A stretch of 64,000 bases of DNA from Bispira polyomma. Taxonomy: Eukaryota. The notes below the pieces were generated by a model, which had not been told where the DNA came from, did no database searches, and was given only the letters and a program-made list of their open reading frames with translations. The translations under genes were made by a program, and so were the position numbers. Location of the stretch: assembly GCA_965649765.1 (NCBI GenBank), contig OZ287751.1:42904001-42968000 (forward strand). Direction: 5' to 3'. Positions 9,303 through 22,074 of this stretch are shown in pieces (positions within the stretch are counted from its first letter, which is position 1; each line of letters begins with the position of its first letter).

Positions 9303-9884
9303 TTATTTCTTAGCCTTCTTTGGCTTTGCTGCTCGTTTAGCCTTTGGTTTCTTAGGCTTGGCCTTCCTTGCAGTCTTTTTGGCTGCCTTTGGTTTCCTCG
9401 ATTTCTTGGCCTTACTCTTCTTAGCAGCAGCTTTCTTGGCCTTGGGTTTCTTAGCCTTCTTGACTTTCTTTGCCTTCTTCACTTTCTTTGCCTTCTTGAC
9501 TTACTTCGCTTTCTTCTTCTTTTGCTTCTTGGTCTTTTTCTTTCTTGGAGCTTTAGGTACTTTTCCAACACGGAACCTTCCAGAGGCACCAGTTCCAGAT
9601 GCTTGCTTAAACACACCAGTGGTCACCCCTCTTTTCAGGCTCATCTTGATGTGTGGTGTTAACCTGTTCATGTCCACCCTGTTGTTGCCAGCAATGTGCT
9701 TTTTGATGGCAGCCAGTGAAGTTCCCTTGCGATCTTTGGAAGTTCTTAGAGCAGTTAAAATCATGGCCTGTACAGGAGGATGGGTGGCAGCCTTCTTTGG
9801 CTTCCTTGCCCTCTTCTTAGGAGAAGCAGCCCTCTTTGCAGGAGATCCCGACTTAGCAGGTGATCCAGACCTTGATGCAGCCAT
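9303..9884 (-). pseudogene. H1: Histone H1 copy 2, 193-aa type with premature stop (127-aa product)
   Basis: AAA>TAA at 9503-9501; the rest of the tail is intact to the normal stop at 9303. Confidence 0.85.
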
Positions 9885-11354
9885 TGTTATCTCTCTCAGT
9901 GGTTACAGAGAAATGAATCACTTGTTAATTAGAGCTCACGTCTTTTATAATGAAATTTCGGACGTCAAAGAAAGCCCCACAGACGTGACGTGATTCTTGT
10001 GTGTCTGGATTGACAGGGGCTCTGAAATTTGTGTTAATAAGTCACAGGAATTTGTCTAATTTACTGGAGTAATTGATACATTCATTGAAATTTTTTCACA
10101 GAATCAATTTCTTACATATTCATCAGTCATATTCAATGTGTATTTGAAAAGTTAAGGTGTCTATTATTGCCAAAGTTCACTGAAAATGCATTTTCACTGC
10201 ATGTGTCTAATGATTAAAAAATTAAGTATTTTTTTCAAATTACCTCCAATATACCCTTTTAGTCATATTAAAGTAGCAATTTACACATATATATTATAGA
10301 TTACATGTTTTCCTTGCATAATACTGTAAGAATTGGTCATTTAGTCTAATTGGAGGTGAATAACTGTGCATATGAAGTGGAGTCAGAAACACAAATTCTA
10401 ATCTAGCAACAAGCTACTTGGTGTGTTACACAGATAGGGCTGAAGCACAACCTGTGAGTTTATACATATCAATAAAGACACAACCAGTATGATTTTACAA
10501 CAATATAATAGCCACTTTTTTTGTAATTCCTCCCACCTAATTGTTTCTTTGATAATTTTTATATCACCTGCCTCACCCACCAGCTGTGATACTTTCTTTT
10601 CACACCGGTAAAGTTATGTACTTACTGCAGTCATGTCATACAATATTGTTTGTTTTTTATTCTTTCTATATAATTCCAGCAGATACCTGCCTTGGATATA
10701 TTTCTGCAGAATTATTAATCAACAATGTTTTCTTTATAAAGACCACATCATTAACTGTACAAAATGATGCTTTTCCCTTACAAATTTTGTGGCACCTTTG
10801 TTAAACTCACATACTTGATAGATTATATATATCGTGTATAAACTAACATACAGTATTTACATATTATATATATCACTTACAAAATCATATTTTGTGTCCT
10901 CTTATTGAATGATGGTTATACACAGGTTTACACAACATGTCTTTTTGGCATATTTAGAGAGATTTCAGGAAAAAAAAAATAATATTAGCTGGCCAAGGGA
11001 TGAAAAAAAATTAGTATTTATAGAGGTGGTCTATTAACACAATTAATAAATAGTTAAATGTGTCTGAAAAAAGATTTCTCAGATTAGAATTGTGTACTTT
11101 GAGTGTGTCTAAAATATATATTAATTATATTAGAATTGTGTATTTTGAGTGGTCTTTGTTGTTAAAATATTTTTATGAAGCCAAAAAAAAAAAAAGACTT
11201 AATATTTGATATGACATATACTCATAGATTTACACTATAAAATGATTACACTTGATAGAAAGGAATTCTCTCTGTAGAAAGATGAGGTTGGTCCTGAAAA
11301 GGACCTTTAATTTTAGTCACATGGACAAAACTCCAGCAGTGGCACTGTGGTGGT

Positions 11355-11936
11355 TTATTTCTTAGCCTTCTTTGGCTTTGCTGCTCGTTTAGCCTTTGGT
11401 TTCTTAGGCTTGGCCTTCCTTGCAGTCTTTTTGGCTGCCTTTGGTTTCCTCGATTTCTTGGCCTTACTCTTCTTAGCAGCAGCTTTCTTGGCCTTGGGTT
11501 TCTTAGCCTTCTTGACTTTCTTTGCCTTCTTGACTTTCTTTGCCTTCTTGACTTTCTTCGCTTTCTTCTTCTTTTGCTTCTTGGTCTTTTTCTTTCTTGG
11601 AGCTTTAGGTACTTTTCCAACACGGAACCTTCCAGAGGCACCAGTTCCAGATGCTTGCTTAAACACACCAGTGGTCACCCCTCTTTTCAGGCTCATCTTG
11701 ATGTGTGGTGTTAACCTGTTCATGTCCACCCTGTTGTTGCCAGCAATGTGCTTTTTGATGGCAGCCAGTGAAGTTCCCTTGCGATCTTTGGAAGTTCTTA
11801 GAGCAGTTAAAATCATGGCCTGTACAGGAGGATGGGTGGCAGCCTTCTTTGGCTTCCTTGCCCTCTTCTTAGGAGAAGCAGCCCTCTTTGCAGGAGATCC
11901 CGACTTAGCAGGTGATCCAGACCTTGATGCAGCCAT
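11355..11936 (-). CDS. H1: Histone H1 copy 3 (193 aa)
   Basis: Intact ORF with an extra KKAKKV repeat. Confidence 0.96.
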   Translation of the reverse strand: MAASRSGSPAKSGSPAKRAASPKKRARKPKKAATHPPVQAMILTALRTSKDRKGTSLAAIKKHIAGNNRVDMNRLTPHIKMSLKRGVTTGVFKQASGTGASGRFRVGKVPKAPRKKKTKKQKKKKAKKVKKAKKVKKAKKVKKAKKPKAKKAAAKKSKAKKSRKPKAAKKTARKAKPKKPKAKRAAKPKKAKK

Positions 11937-13405
11937 TGTTATCTCTCTCAGTGGTTACAGAGAAATGAATCACTTGTTAATTAGAGCTCACGTCTTTTAT
12001 AATGAAATTTCGGACGTCAAAGAAAGCCCCACAGACGTGACGTGATTCTTGTGTGTCTGGATTGACAGGGGCTCTGAAATTTGTGTTAATAAGTCACAGG
12101 AATTTGTCTAATTTACTGGAGTAATTGATACATTCATTGAAATTTTTTCACAGAATCAATTTCTTACATATTCATCAGTCATATTCAATGTGTATTTGAA
12201 AAGTTAAGGTGTCTATTATTGCCAAAGTTCACTGAAAATGCATTTTCACTGCATGTGTCTAATGATTAAAAAATTAAGTATTTTTTTCAAATTACCTCCA
12301 ATATACCCTTTTAGTCATATTAAAGTAGCAATTTACACATATATATTATAGATTACATGTTTTCCTTGCATAATACTGTAAGAATTGGTCATTTAGTCTA
12401 ATTGGAGGTGAATAACTGTGCATATGAAGTGGAGTCAGAAACACAAATTCTAATCTAGCAACAAGCTACTTGGTGTGTTACACAGATAGGGCTGAAGCAC
12501 AACCTGTGAGTTTATACATATCAATAAAGACACAACCAGTATGATTTTACAACAATATAATAGCCACTTTTTTTGTAATTCCTCCCACCTAATTGTTTCT
12601 TTGATAATTTTTATATCACCTGCCTCACCCACCAGCTGTGATACTTTCTTTTCACACCGGTAAAGTTATGTACTTACTGCAGTCATGTCATACAATATTG
12701 TTTGTTTTTTATTCTTTCTATATAATTCCAGCAGATACCTGCCTTGGATATATTTCTGCAGAATTATTAATCAACAATGTTTTCTTTATAAAGACCACAT
12801 CATTAACTGTACAAAATGATGCTTTTCCCTTACAAATTTTGTGGCACCTTTGTTAAACTCACATACTTGATAGATTATACATATCGTGTATAAACTAACA
12901 TACAGTATTTACATATTATATATATCACTTACAAAATCATATTTTGTGTCCTCTTATTGAATGATGGTTATACACAGGTTTACACAACATGTCTTTTTGG
13001 CATATTTAGAGAGATTTCAGAAAAAAAAAAAAATATTAGCTGGCCAAGGGATGAAAAAAAATTAGTATTTATAGAGGTGGTCTATTAACACAATTAATAA
13101 ATAGTTAAATGTGTCTGAAAAAAGATTTCTCAGATTAGAATTGTGTACTTTGAGCGTGTCTAAAATATATATTAATTATATTAGAATTGTGTATTTTGAG
13201 TGGTCTTTGTTGTTAAAATATTTTTATGAAGCCAAAAAAAAAAAAAGACTTAATATTTGATATGACATATACTCATAGATTTACACTATAAAATGATTAC
13301 ACTTGATAGAAAGGAATTCTCTCTGTAGAAAGATGAGGTTGGTCCTGAAAAGGACCTTTAATTTTAGTCACATGGACAAAACTCCAGCAGTGGCACTGTG
13401 GTGGT

Positions 13406-13960
13406 TTATTTCTTAGCCTTCTTTGGCTTTGCTGCTCGTTTAGCCTTTGGTTTCTTAGGCTTGGCCTTCCTTGCAGTCTTTTTGGCTGCCTTTGGTTTCC
13501 TCGATTTCTTGGCCTTACTCTTCTTAGCAGCAGCTTTCTTGGCCTTGGGTTTCTTAGCCTTCTTGACTTTCTTTGCCTTCTTCACTTTCTTCTTCTTTTG
13601 CTTCTTGGTCTTTTTCTTTCTTGGAGCTTTAGGTACTTTTCCAACACGGAACCTTCCAGAGGCACCAGTTCCAGATGCTTGCTTAAACACACCAGTGGTC
13701 ACCCCTCTTTTCAGGCTCATCTTGATGTGTGGTGTTAACCTGTTCATGTCCACCCTGTTGTTGCCAGCAATGTGCTTTTTGATGGCAGCCAGTGAAGTTC
13801 CCTTGCGATCTTTGGAAGTTCTTAGAGCAGTTAAAATCATGGCCTGTACAGGAGGATGGGTGGCAGCCTTCTTTGGCTTCCTTGCCCTCTTCTTAGGAGA
13901 AGCAGCCCTCTTTGCAGGAGATCCCGACTTAGCAGGTGATCCAGACCTTGATGCAGCCAT
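13406..13960 (-). CDS. H1: Histone H1 copy 4 (184 aa)
   Basis: Intact ORF, array member. Confidence 0.96.
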   Translation of the reverse strand: MAASRSGSPAKSGSPAKRAASPKKRARKPKKAATHPPVQAMILTALRTSKDRKGTSLAAIKKHIAGNNRVDMNRLTPHIKMSLKRGVTTGVFKQASGTGASGRFRVGKVPKAPRKKKTKKQKKKKVKKAKKVKKAKKPKAKKAAAKKSKAKKSRKPKAAKKTARKAKPKKPKAKRAAKPKKAKK

Positions 13961-15431
13961 TGTTATCTCTCTCAGTGGTTACAGAGAAATGAATCACTTG
14001 TTAATTAGAGCTCACGTCTTTTATAATGAAATTTCGGACGTCAAAGAAAGCCCCACAGACGTGACGTGATTCTTGTGTGTCTGGATTGACAGGGGCTCTG
14101 AAATTTGTGTTAATAAGTCACAGGAATTTGTCTAATTTACTGGAGTAATTGATACATTCATTGAAATTTTTTCACAGAATCAATTTCTTACATATTCATC
14201 AGTCATATTCAATGTGTATTTGAAAAGTTAAGGTGTCTATTATTGCCAAAGTTCACTGAAAATGCATTTTCACTGCATGTGTCTAATGATTAAAAAATTA
14301 AGTATTTTTTTCAAATTACCTCCAATATACCCTTTTAGTCATATTAAAGTAGCAATTTACACATATATATTATAGATTACATGTTTTCCTTGCATAATAC
14401 TGTAAGAATTGGTCATTTAGTCTAATTGGAGGTGAATAACTGTGCATATGAAGTGGAGTCAGAAACACAAATTCTAATCTAGCAACAAGCTACTTGGTGT
14501 GTTACACAGATAGGGCTGAAGCACAACCTGTGAGTTTATACATATCAATAAAGACACAACCAGTATGATTTTACAACAATATAATAGCCACTTTTTTTGT
14601 AATTCCTCCCACCTAATTGTTTCTTTGATAATTTTTATATCACCTGCCTCACCCACCAGCTGTGATACTTTCTTTTCACACCGGTAAAGTTATGTACTTA
14701 CTGCAGTCATGTCATACAATATTGTTTGTTTTTTATTCTTTCTATATAATTCCAGCAGATACCTGCCTTGGATATATTTCTGCAGAATTATTAATCAACA
14801 ATGTTTTCTTTATAAAGACCACATCATTAACTGTACAAAATGATGCTTTTCCCTTACAAATTTTGTGGCACCTTTGTTAAACTCACATACTTGATAGATT
14901 ATACATATCGTGTATAAACTAACATACAGTATTTACATATTATATATATCACTTACAAAATCATATTTTGTGTCCTCTTATTGAATGATGGTTATACACA
15001 GGTTTACACAACATGTCTTTTTGGCATATTTAGAGAGATTTCAGAAAAAAAAAAAATAATATTAGCTGGCCAAGGGATGAAAAAAAATTAGTATTTATAG
15101 AGGTGGTCTATTAACACAATTAATAAATAGTTAAATGTGTCTGAAAAAAGATTTCTCAGATTAGAATTGTGTACTTTGAGCGTGTCTAAAATATATATTA
15201 ATTATATTAGAATTGTGTATTTTGAGTGGTCTTTGTTGTTAAAATATTTTTATGAAGCCAAAAAAAAAAAAAGACTTAATATTTGATATGACATATACTC
15301 ATAGATTTACACTATAAAATGATTACACTTGATAGAAAGGAATTCTCTCTGTAGAAAGATGAGGTTGGTCCTGAAAAGGACCTTTAATTTTAGTCACATG
15401 GACAAAACTCCAGCAGTGGCACTGTGGTGGT

Positions 15432-15986
15432 TTATTTCTTAGCCTTCTTTGGCTTTGCTGCTCGTTTAGCCTTTGGTTTCTTAGGCTTGGCCTTCCTTGC
15501 AGTCTTTTTGGCTGCCTTTGGTTTCCTCGATTTCTTGGCCTTACTCTTCTTAGCAGCAGCTTTCTTGGCCTTGGGTTTCTTAGCCTTCTTGACTTTCTTT
15601 GCCTTCTTCACTTTCTTCTTCTTTTGCTTCTTGGTCTTTTTCTTTCTTGGAGCTTTAGGTACTTTTCCAACACGGAACCTTCCAGAGGCACCAGTTCCAG
15701 ATGCTTGCTTAAACACACCAGTGGTCACCCCTCTTTTCAGGCTCATCTTGATGTGTGGTGTTAACCTGTTCATGTCCACCCTGTTGTTGCCAGCAATGTG
15801 CTTTTTGATGGCAGCCAGTGAAGTTCCCTTGCGATCTTTGGAAGTTCTTAGAGCAGTTAAAATCATGGCCTGTACAGGAGGATGGGTGGCAGCCTTCTTT
15901 GGCTTCCTTGCCCTCTTCTTAGGAGAAGCAGCCCTCTTTGCAGGAGATCCCGACTTAGCAGGTGATCCAGACCTTGATGCAGCCAT
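15432..15986 (-). CDS. H1: Histone H1 copy 5 (184 aa)
   Basis: Intact ORF, array member. Confidence 0.96.
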   Translation of the reverse strand: MAASRSGSPAKSGSPAKRAASPKKRARKPKKAATHPPVQAMILTALRTSKDRKGTSLAAIKKHIAGNNRVDMNRLTPHIKMSLKRGVTTGVFKQASGTGASGRFRVGKVPKAPRKKKTKKQKKKKVKKAKKVKKAKKPKAKKAAAKKSKAKKSRKPKAAKKTARKAKPKKPKAKRAAKPKKAKK

Positions 15987-17457
15987 TGTTATCTCTCTCA
16001 GTGGTTACAGAGAAATGAATCACTTGTTAATTAGAGCTCACGTCTTTTATAATGAAATTTCGGACGTCAAAGAAAGCCCCACAGACGTGACGTGATTCTT
16101 GTGTGTCTGGATTGACAGGGGCTCTGAAATTTGTGTTAATAAGTCACAGGAATTTGTCTAATTTACTGGAGTAATTGATACATTCATTGAAATTTTTTCA
16201 CAGAATCAATTTCTTACATATTCATCAGTCATATTCAATGTGTATTTGAAAAGTTAAGGCGTCTATTATTGCCAAAGTTCACTGAAAATGCATTTTCACT
16301 GCATGTGTGTAATGATTAAAAAATTAAGTATTTTTTTCAAATTACCTTCAATATACCCTTTTAGTCATATTAAAGTAGCAATTTACACATATATATTATA
16401 GATTACATGTTTTCCTTGCATAATACTGTAAGAATTGGTCATTTAGTCTAATTGGAGGTGAATAACTGTGCATATGAAGTGGAGTCAGAAACACAAATTC
16501 TAATCTAGCAACAAGCTACTTGGTGTGTTACACAGATAGGGCTGAAGCACAACCTGTGAGTTTATACATATCAATAAAGACACAACCAGTATGATTTTAC
16601 AACAATGTAATAGCCACTTTTTTTGTAATTCCTCCCACCTAATTGTTTCTTTGATAATTTTTATATCACCTGCCTCACCCACCAGCTGTGATACTTTCTT
16701 TTCACACCGGTAAAGTTATGTACTTATTGCAGTCATGTCATACAATATTGTTTGTTTTTTATTCTTTCTATATAATTCCAGCAGATACCTGCCTTGGATA
16801 TATTTCTGCAGAATTATTAATCAACAATGTTTTCTTTATAAAGACCACATCATTAACTGTACAAAATGATGCTTTTCCCTTACAAATTTTGTGGCACCTT
16901 TGTTAAACTCACATACTTGATAGATTATACATATCGTGTATAAACTAACATACAGTATTTACATATTATATATATCACTTACAAAATCATATTTTGTGTC
17001 CTCTTATTGAATGATGGTTATACACAGGTTTACACAACATGTCTTTTTGGCATATTTAGAGAGATTTCAGAAAAAAAAAAAATAATATTAGCTGGCCAAG
17101 GGATGAAAAAAAATTAGTATTTATAGAGGTGGTCTATTAACACAATTAATAAATAGTTAAATGTGTCTGAAAAAAGATTTCTCAGATTAGAATTGTGTAC
17201 TTTGAGTGTGTCTAAAATATATATTAATTATATTAGAATTGTGTATTTTGAGTGGTCTTTGTTGTTAAAATATTTTTATGAAGCCAAAAAAAAAAAAAGA
17301 CTTAATATTTGATATGACATATACTCATAGATTTACACTATAAAATGATTACACTTGATAGAAAGGAATTCTCTCTGTAGAAAGATGAGGTTGGTCCTGA
17401 AAAGGACCTTTAATTTTAGTCACATGGACAAAACTCCAGCAGTGGCACTGTGGTGGT

Positions 17458-18021
17458 TTATTTCTTAGCCTTCTTTGGCTTTGCTGCTCGTTTAGCCTTT
17501 GGTTTCTTAGGCTTGGCCTTCCTTGCAGTCTTTTTGGCTGCCTTTGGTTTCCTCGATTTCTTGGCCTTACTCTTCTTAGCAGCAGCTTTCTTGGCCTTGG
17601 GTTTCTTAGCCTTCTTGACTTTCTTTGCCTTCTTGACTTTCTTCGCTTTCTTCTTCTTTTGCTTCTTGGTCTTTTTCTTTCTTGGAGCTTTAGGTACTTT
17701 TCCAACACGGAACCTTCCAGAGGCACCAGTTCCAGATGCTTGCTTAAACACACCAGTGGTCACCCCTCTTTTCAGGCTCATCTTGATGTGTGGTGTTAAC
17801 CTGTTCATGTCCACCCTGTTGTTGCCAGCAATGTGCTTTTTGATGGCAGCCAGTGAAGTTCCCTTGCGATCTTTGGAAGTTCTTAGAGCAGTTAAAATCA
17901 TGGCCTGTACAGGAGGATGGGTGGCAGCCTTCTTTGGCTTCCTTGCCCTCTTCTTAGGAGAAGCAGCCCTCTTTGCAGGAGATCCCGACTTAGCAGGTGA
18001 TCCAGACCTTGATGCAGCCAT
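17458..18021 (-). CDS. H1: Histone H1 copy 6 (187 aa)
   Basis: Intact ORF, array member. Confidence 0.96.
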   Translation of the reverse strand: MAASRSGSPAKSGSPAKRAASPKKRARKPKKAATHPPVQAMILTALRTSKDRKGTSLAAIKKHIAGNNRVDMNRLTPHIKMSLKRGVTTGVFKQASGTGASGRFRVGKVPKAPRKKKTKKQKKKKAKKVKKAKKVKKAKKPKAKKAAAKKSKAKKSRKPKAAKKTARKAKPKKPKAKRAAKPKKAKK

Positions 18022-19493
18022 TGTTATCTCTCTCAGTGGTTACAGAGAAATGAATCACTTGTTAATTAGAGCTCACGTCTTTTATAATGAAATTTCGGAC
18101 GTCAAAGAAAGCCCCACAGACGTGACGTGATTCTTGTGTGTCTGGATTGACAGGGGCTCTGAAATTTGTGTTAATAAGTCACAGGAATTTGTCTAATTTA
18201 CTGGAGTAATTGATACATTCATTGAAATTTTTTCACAGAATCAATTTCTTACATATTCATCAGTCATATTCAATGTGTATTTGAAAAGTTAAGGTGTCTA
18301 TTATTGCCAAAGTTCACTGAAAATGCATTTTCACTGCATGTGTCTAATGATTAAAAAATTAAGTATTTTTTTCAAATTACCTCCAATATACCCTTTTAGT
18401 CATATTAAAGTAGCAATTTACACATATATATTATAGATTACATGTTTTCCTTGCATAATACTGTAAGAATTGGTCATTTAGTCTAATTGGAGGTGAATAA
18501 CTGTGCATATGAAGTGGAGTCAGAAACACAAATTCTAATCTAGCAACAAGCTACTTGGTGTGTTACACAGATAGGGCTGAAGCACAACCTGTGAGTTTAT
18601 ACATATCAATAAAGACACAACCAGTATGATTTTACAACAATATAATAGCCACTTTTTTTGTAATTCCTCCCACCTAATTGTTTCTTTGATAATTTTTATA
18701 TCACCTGCCTCACCCACCAGCTGTGATACTTTCTTTTCACACCGGTAAAGTTATGTACTTACTGCAGTCATGTCATACAATATTGTTTGTTTTTTATTCT
18801 TTCTATATAATTCCAGCAGATACCTGCCTTGGATATATTTCTGCAGAATTATTAATCAACAATGTTTTCTTTATAAAGACCACATCATTAACTGTACAAA
18901 ATGATGCTTTTCCCTTACAAATTTTGTGGCACCTTTGTTAAACTCACATACTTGATAGATTATACATATCGTGTATAAACTAACATACAGTATTTACATA
19001 TTATATATATCACTTACAAAATCATATTTTGTGTCCTCTTATTGAATGATGGTTATACACAGGTTTACACAACATGTCTTTTTGGCATATTTAGAGAGAT
19101 TTCAGAAAAAAAAAAAAATAATATTAGCTGGCCAAGGGATGAAAAAAAATTAGTATTTATAGAGGTGGTCTATTAACACAATTAATAAATAGTTAAATGT
19201 GTCTGAAAAAAGATTTCTCAGATTAGAATTGTGTACTTTGAGCGTGTCTAAAATATATATTAATTATATTAGAATTGTGTATTTTGAGTGGTCTTTGTTG
19301 TTAAAATATTTTTATGAAGCCAAAAAAAAAAAAAGACTTAATATTTGATATGACATATACTCATAGATTTACACTATAAAATGATTACACTTGATAGAAA
19401 GGAATTCTCTCTGTAGAAAGATGAGGTTGGTCCTGAAAAGGACCTTTAATTTTAGTCACATGGACAAAACTCCAGCAGTGGCACTGTGGTGGT

Positions 19494-20048
19494 TTATTTC
19501 TTAGCCTTCTTTGGCTTTGCTGCTCGTTTAGCCTTTGGTTTCTTAGGCTTGGCCTTCCTTGCAGTCTTTTTGGCTGCCTTTGGTTTCCTCGATTTCTTGG
19601 CCTTACTCTTCTTAGCAGCAGCTTTCTTGGCCTTGGGTTTCTTAGCCTTCTTGACTTTCTTTGCCTTCTTCACTTTCTTCTTCTTTTGCTTCTTGGTCTT
19701 TTTCTTTCTTGGAGCTTTAGGTACTTTTCCAACACGGAACCTTCCAGAGGCACCAGTTCCAGATGCTTGCTTAAACACACCAGTGGTCACCCCTCTTTTC
19801 AGGCTCATCTTGATGTGTGGTGTTAACCTGTTCATGTCCACCCTGTTGTTGCCAGCAATGTGCTTTTTGATGGCAGCCAGTGAAGTTCCCTTGCGATCTT
19901 TGGAAGTTCTTAGAGCAGTTAAAATCATGGCCTGTACAGGAGGATGGGTGGCAGCCTTCTTTGGCTTCCTTGCCCTCTTCTTAGGAGAAGCAGCCCTCTT
20001 TGCAGGAGATCCCGACTTAGCAGGTGATCCAGACCTTGATGCAGCCAT
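19494..20048 (-). CDS. H1: Histone H1 copy 7 (184 aa)
   Basis: Intact ORF, array member. Confidence 0.96.
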   Translation of the reverse strand: MAASRSGSPAKSGSPAKRAASPKKRARKPKKAATHPPVQAMILTALRTSKDRKGTSLAAIKKHIAGNNRVDMNRLTPHIKMSLKRGVTTGVFKQASGTGASGRFRVGKVPKAPRKKKTKKQKKKKVKKAKKVKKAKKPKAKKAAAKKSKAKKSRKPKAAKKTARKAKPKKPKAKRAAKPKKAKK

Positions 20049-21519
20049 TGTTATCTCTCTCAGTGGTTACAGAGAAATGAATCACTTGTTAATTAGAGCT
20101 CACGTCTTTTATAATGAAATTTCGGACGTCAAAGAAAGCCCCACAGACGTGACGTGATTCTTGTGTGTCTGGATTGACAGGGGCTCTGAAATTTGTGTTA
20201 ATAAGTCACAGGAATTTGTCTAATTTACTGGAGTAATTGATACATTCATTGAAATTTTTTCACAGAATCAATTTCTTACATATTCATCAGTCATATTCAA
20301 TGTGTATTTGAAAAGTTAAGGTGTCTATTATTGCCAAAGTTCACTGAAAATGCATTTTCACTGCATGTGTCTAATGATTAAAAAATTAAGTATTTTTTTC
20401 AAATTACCTCCAATATACCCTTTTAGTCATATTAAAGTAGCAATTTACACATATATATTATAGATTACATGTTTTCCTTGCATAATACTGTAAGAATTGG
20501 TCATTTAGTCTAATTGGAGGTGAATAACTGTGCATATGAAGTGGAGTCAGAAACACAAATTCTAATCTAGCAACAAGCTACTTGGTGTGTTACACAGATA
20601 GGGCTGAAGCACAACCTGTGAGTTTATACATATCAATAAAGACACAACCAGTATGATTTTACAACAATGTAATAGCCACTTTTTTGTAATTCCTCCCACC
20701 TAATTGTTTCTTTGATAATTTTTATATCACCTGCCTCACCCACCAGCTGTGATACTTTCTTTTCACACCGGTAAAGTTATGTACTTACTGCAGTCATGTC
20801 ATACAATATTGTTTGTTTTTTATTCTTTCTATATAATTCCAGCAGATACCTGCCTTGGATATATTTCTGCAGAATTATTAATCAACAATGTTTTCTTTAT
20901 AAAGACCACATCATTAACTGTACAAAATGATGCTTTTCCCTTACAAATTTTGTGGCACCTTTGTTAAACTCACATACTTGATAGATTATACATATCGTGT
21001 ATAAACTAACATACAGTATTTACATATTATATATATCACTTACAAAATCATATTTTGTGTCCTCTTATTGAATGATGGTTGTACACAGGTTTACACAACA
21101 TGTCTTTTTGGCATATTTAGAGAGATTTCAGAAAAAAAAAAAAATAATATTAGCTGGCCAAGGGATGAAAAAAAATTAGTATTTATAGAGGTGGTCTATT
21201 AACACAATTAATAAATAGTTAAATGTGTCTGAAAAAAGATTTCTCAGATTAGAATTGTGTACTTTGAGTGTGTCTAAAATATATATTAATTATATTAGAA
21301 TTGTGTATTTTGAGTGGTCTTTGTTGTTAAAATATTTTTATGAAGCCAAAAAAAAAAAAAGACTTAATATTTGATATGACATATACTCATAGATTTACAC
21401 TATAAAATGATTACACTTGATAGAAAGGAATTCTCTCTGTAGAAAGATGAGGTTGGTCCTGAAAAGGACCTTTAATTTTAGTCACATGGACAAAACTCCA
21501 GCAGTGGCACTGTGGTGGT

Positions 21520-22074
21520 TTATTTCTTAGCCTTCTTTGGCTTTGCTGCTCGTTTAGCCTTTGGTTTCTTAGGCTTGGCCTTCCTTGCAGTCTTTTTGGC
21601 TGCCTTTGGTTTCCTCGATTTCTTGGCCTTACTCTTCTTAGCAGCAGCTTTCTTGGCCTTGGGTTTCTTAGCCTTCTTGACTTTCTTTGCCTTCTTCACT
21701 TTCTTCTTCTTTTGCTTCTTGGTCTTTTTCTTTCTTGGAGCTTTAGGTACTTTTCCAACACGGAACCTTCCAGAGGCACCAGTTCCAGATGCTTGCTTAA
21801 ACACACCAGTGGTCACCCCTCTTTTCAGGCTCATCTTGATGTGTGGTGTTAACCTGTTCATGTCCACCCTGTTGTTGCCAGCAATGTGCTTTTTGATGGC
21901 AGCCAGTGAAGTTCCCTTGCGATCTTTGGAAGTTCTTAGAGCAGTTAAAATCATGGCCTGTACAGGAGGATGGGTGGCAGCCTTCTTTGGCTTCCTTGCC
22001 CTCTTCTTAGGAGAAGCAGCCCTCTTTGCAGGAGATCCCGACTTAGCAGGTGATCCAGACCTTGATGCAGCCAT
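21520..22074 (-). CDS. H1: Histone H1 copy 8 (184 aa)
   Basis: Intact ORF, array member. Confidence 0.96.
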   Translation of the reverse strand: MAASRSGSPAKSGSPAKRAASPKKRARKPKKAATHPPVQAMILTALRTSKDRKGTSLAAIKKHIAGNNRVDMNRLTPHIKMSLKRGVTTGVFKQASGTGASGRFRVGKVPKAPRKKKTKKQKKKKVKKAKKVKKAKKPKAKKAAAKKSKAKKSRKPKAAKKTARKAKPKKPKAKRAAKPKKAKK

